Source: Utricularia gibba (lineage: Eukaryota; Plantae; Magnoliophyta). From it: a stretch of 64,000 nt of DNA. The first letter of the stretch is position 1. Each line of letters begins with the position of its first letter. The stretch covers positions 1,488,001-1,552,000 of the forward strand of contig NEEC01000002.1 in the NCBI GenBank assembly GCA_002189035.1. The letters run 5' to 3'. The notes beneath the pieces were generated by a model. The model saw only the letters and a program-made list of their open reading frames with translations, had not been told where the DNA came from and ran no database searches. Of the stretch, positions 61,373 to 64,000 are shown in pieces. Both the position numbers and the translations under genes were made by a program.

Positions 61373-64000
61373 ATAATGTCCATATATACCCTAAGTCATA
61401 TGGTTTAATGCAATCTGCAGCACAAATGACATCTTTATAATTAATAAAGAAATCCCAAGCCCTAACGTCGTACAACCCGACTTGTTTTATTTATTACTAA
61501 AGAAATCCCAGGCACCGTAATATATACGAATGTGGTGTTTGAAGATATTATTATAATAACAGATAGATAGATAGATATATCTGTAATACATACAATATAT
61601 AAATGATCTTTTCCTAGATAATTTTTCATAATATTCAATGGATTCATTCAAATTATGTTATTTCACCAAATAATGTTCTTGTAATCATTGATAATTCATA
61701 AATTGCATTTTATTGGTGCCTTTATAGCAAGCATTCAACTTGCTTAATATATTTGTTGTTCCTTCAATTCTAAATAGTTCAAAGTGCATATGAAATGATC
61801 TGTATAGTTCCATTAATTTTTTATAACATAGTTTGTGCAAAGGGTGGTGACCTCTGCATCTTCTATTGATTCGATTGAGGAATTAACCTGCTACTTGTTA
61901 GCATTCCAATTGATTCTAAAAAGACTATACCTTCTTGCTTACATTAAATCAAAACATGGCGAACTTAATCTATACATGCCATACATTCATCACACATAAT
62001 GTATTATTTATAGTATTATTGTGGTCGAAAATCGGTATTAGGGGCAGGAGTCAATCTTCGAATTATGTGTACAATCAAACACATCGTACCCGATTCAGTT
62101 TCACATATTGTGTGGAGTGCGATGCGGTTAAAAGAAGTTGGGAAGAACAGTATTTTTACGTGAAAACCGTCGGAAAATAAAAAAAAACCACAAAATTGTT
62201 GAAGCTCATCGAAAAATGATATTTACTAGGCAAAGGTGGAGAAAAAATACAACTTGGAGGCTTGGAATTCAAACTTTTTCTTTTTAGTATTTCTTATATT
62301 TATAGAAAAAATCAATCTTACTAAATCCTGAATTCTAGATATATCAGCTCCTTTTTACACCTATTGTCTAAACTGTGACTTTATTATTGGATAATCGTCA
62401 CCTGTTCTGTCATTGTCATAATTCAACTACTTTTCAATCTATTCAAAACGAATGTTGCTGTCAAATCTCTGATAGATATCGGTTTGTTGGCTTGCGTGTC
62501 AATCTGTCAAGGTATCTTTTGGCTAGTTTTCAGATGTCGGTTACCCTAATCCAATTTCTCCCCCATCAAGTATTCAATACATTATTAATTATTTGTCATA
62601 CAGTGAAGTTAATTTTCCGTAGCACCCAAATAAAGTTGAGAAAACAGTGACAAATTTATTAATTCATGATCAAAGTTTCCATTATCAAAATGTGGAACTT
62701 ATGAAATTTTATGTAGCAAGTGTAAATTTGGATGGAATCATGAATTAATGACTAAAATTTTCTTTCTTTGGAGATAAATGAATTTAAATTTTTCTAACGA
62801 CGATTGTGTTGTATTTATGGATGAGTGTGTAATCATTTCGGTGCATGGTTGCTGTTTCATTTCAAGCTATGTTTTCATACAAGCGGGTAACCGGCCGGTT
62901 CAACTGGGTGGACCGCATCCCGGGAAAAAAAACAGGTTGGTTAACTAATAAAAGTATAAAAAATCCCTAAAATACAGATCGGTTAATATTTTTTAAAATT
63001 ATTTAGAAAAATATGTTTTTTTATGATATTAGGTTTAAAAATTTTCAAAATTAATATAAGAGATGATATAATTTGAATCTATTATCATTCCAATTATAAG
63101 TGAACAACATGAGTTCAAATGAGGATCAAATATATGATTAATAATTATGTTTTGATTATGTTATTTTGCTTGATGCTTATATACAATTTAGATAATTTGA
63201 ATTTGATATGGTTTTTATTATTTTACATTATTATAGTTAGTATATATATTGCATTCCATATTCATGAATTTTATTCTTATATTACTATTACACTCGTAAA
63301 TCCGTTCATTGGGCATGGCTGATTTGCATGCAATAAAACTGAACTAGACGAGTCTGATTTAGGATTTGCAAACTCAGTGATCACTTTGCAAGTGCTGAAA
63401 ACGAATAAGACAAGGGTTTTTAATATGGAAACTGCCAGGAAGCAGAAACACCACAAAACTGATGTAATTCGTTGGGAGAGTGGTTTCACCAATGAAGGGG
63501 AGGGGAAAGATACACGTTGGAGAGTAGAGAGTACCCCCTTTCTTCCTCAAGCTTCCCATCATTTATAGAAGAGGCCAACTTATACGAGTTCTGCATTCTA
63601 TCGATGTCGGCTACTTTATGCACCTGTTAGCTGTACCGTGATTCCACTAATAGATAACCATTGACTATTTTAGCATTTTTGTAATTTGACTACTTTTTAA
63701 GACTACGAAACAATTGCCGTTATCAAGTTCTGACACTTATCAATATATTGACCTAAATCAACTTTTCAATATGAATAAAAACCTTTGTGTCAGCCGCTTT
63801 AGTCTAAAATGAGCTGGTTTGGTTATTTCTAAAACTACCGATTTTTAAGCCTCTCACCTTCGTGCTCCACATGATTCTTGCCCGATTTCGGGGTCCACCA
63901 ATTACATTCAAGGTGCGTTTAGTCTAAACCCAAGTTTAGTATATTTGGATTTAGATAGCCCGATTTGATAGGTTTAAAGAGTGTAATCTATGTTTGATTG

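Noticed and set aside
58200-64000. Short ORFs of 60-90 aa in AT-rich DNA outside ankyrin gene 2
   Set aside because: Composition-driven ORFs without motifs; scattered TE-like fragments lacked paired termini.

Overview
Nuclear DNA from a land plant (angiosperm, probably a eudicot; the species cannot be identified from sequence alone). It is very gene-dense, with about 25 protein-coding loci, short introns and short AT-rich intergenics. In order: the 3' end of a PRP28-type DEAD-box helicase; a tandem triplication of an F-box/LRR/FBD gene plus tRNA-Asp unit (one near-complete tRNA, two 3'-half relics); SIK1-like MAP4K; SDR; C2H2 ZAT-type factor with an early stop; purple acid phosphatase; VTI1-like locus lacking the SNARE motif; cupin; At1g67623-type F-box-like gene; R2R3-MYB; tRNA-iMet; PKS-like; RPL34; small acidic protein; PRE-type HLH; BPA1-like RRM; DUF707; FAD oxidoreductase; F-box/kelch; FabZ; LHCB6; PP2C; an 18 x 143-bp near-perfect tandem array; two ankyrin-TM genes; and a hAT-type MITE. 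Four genes show single-base frameshifts at G/C runs, which suggests consensus errors rather than true pseudogenes. Family assignments rest on recalled motifs, not database searches. The most unusual items are the 143-bp array whose unit reads as an in-frame exon plus intron, the F-box/tRNA triplication with mosaic divergence, and the SNARE-less VTI1.
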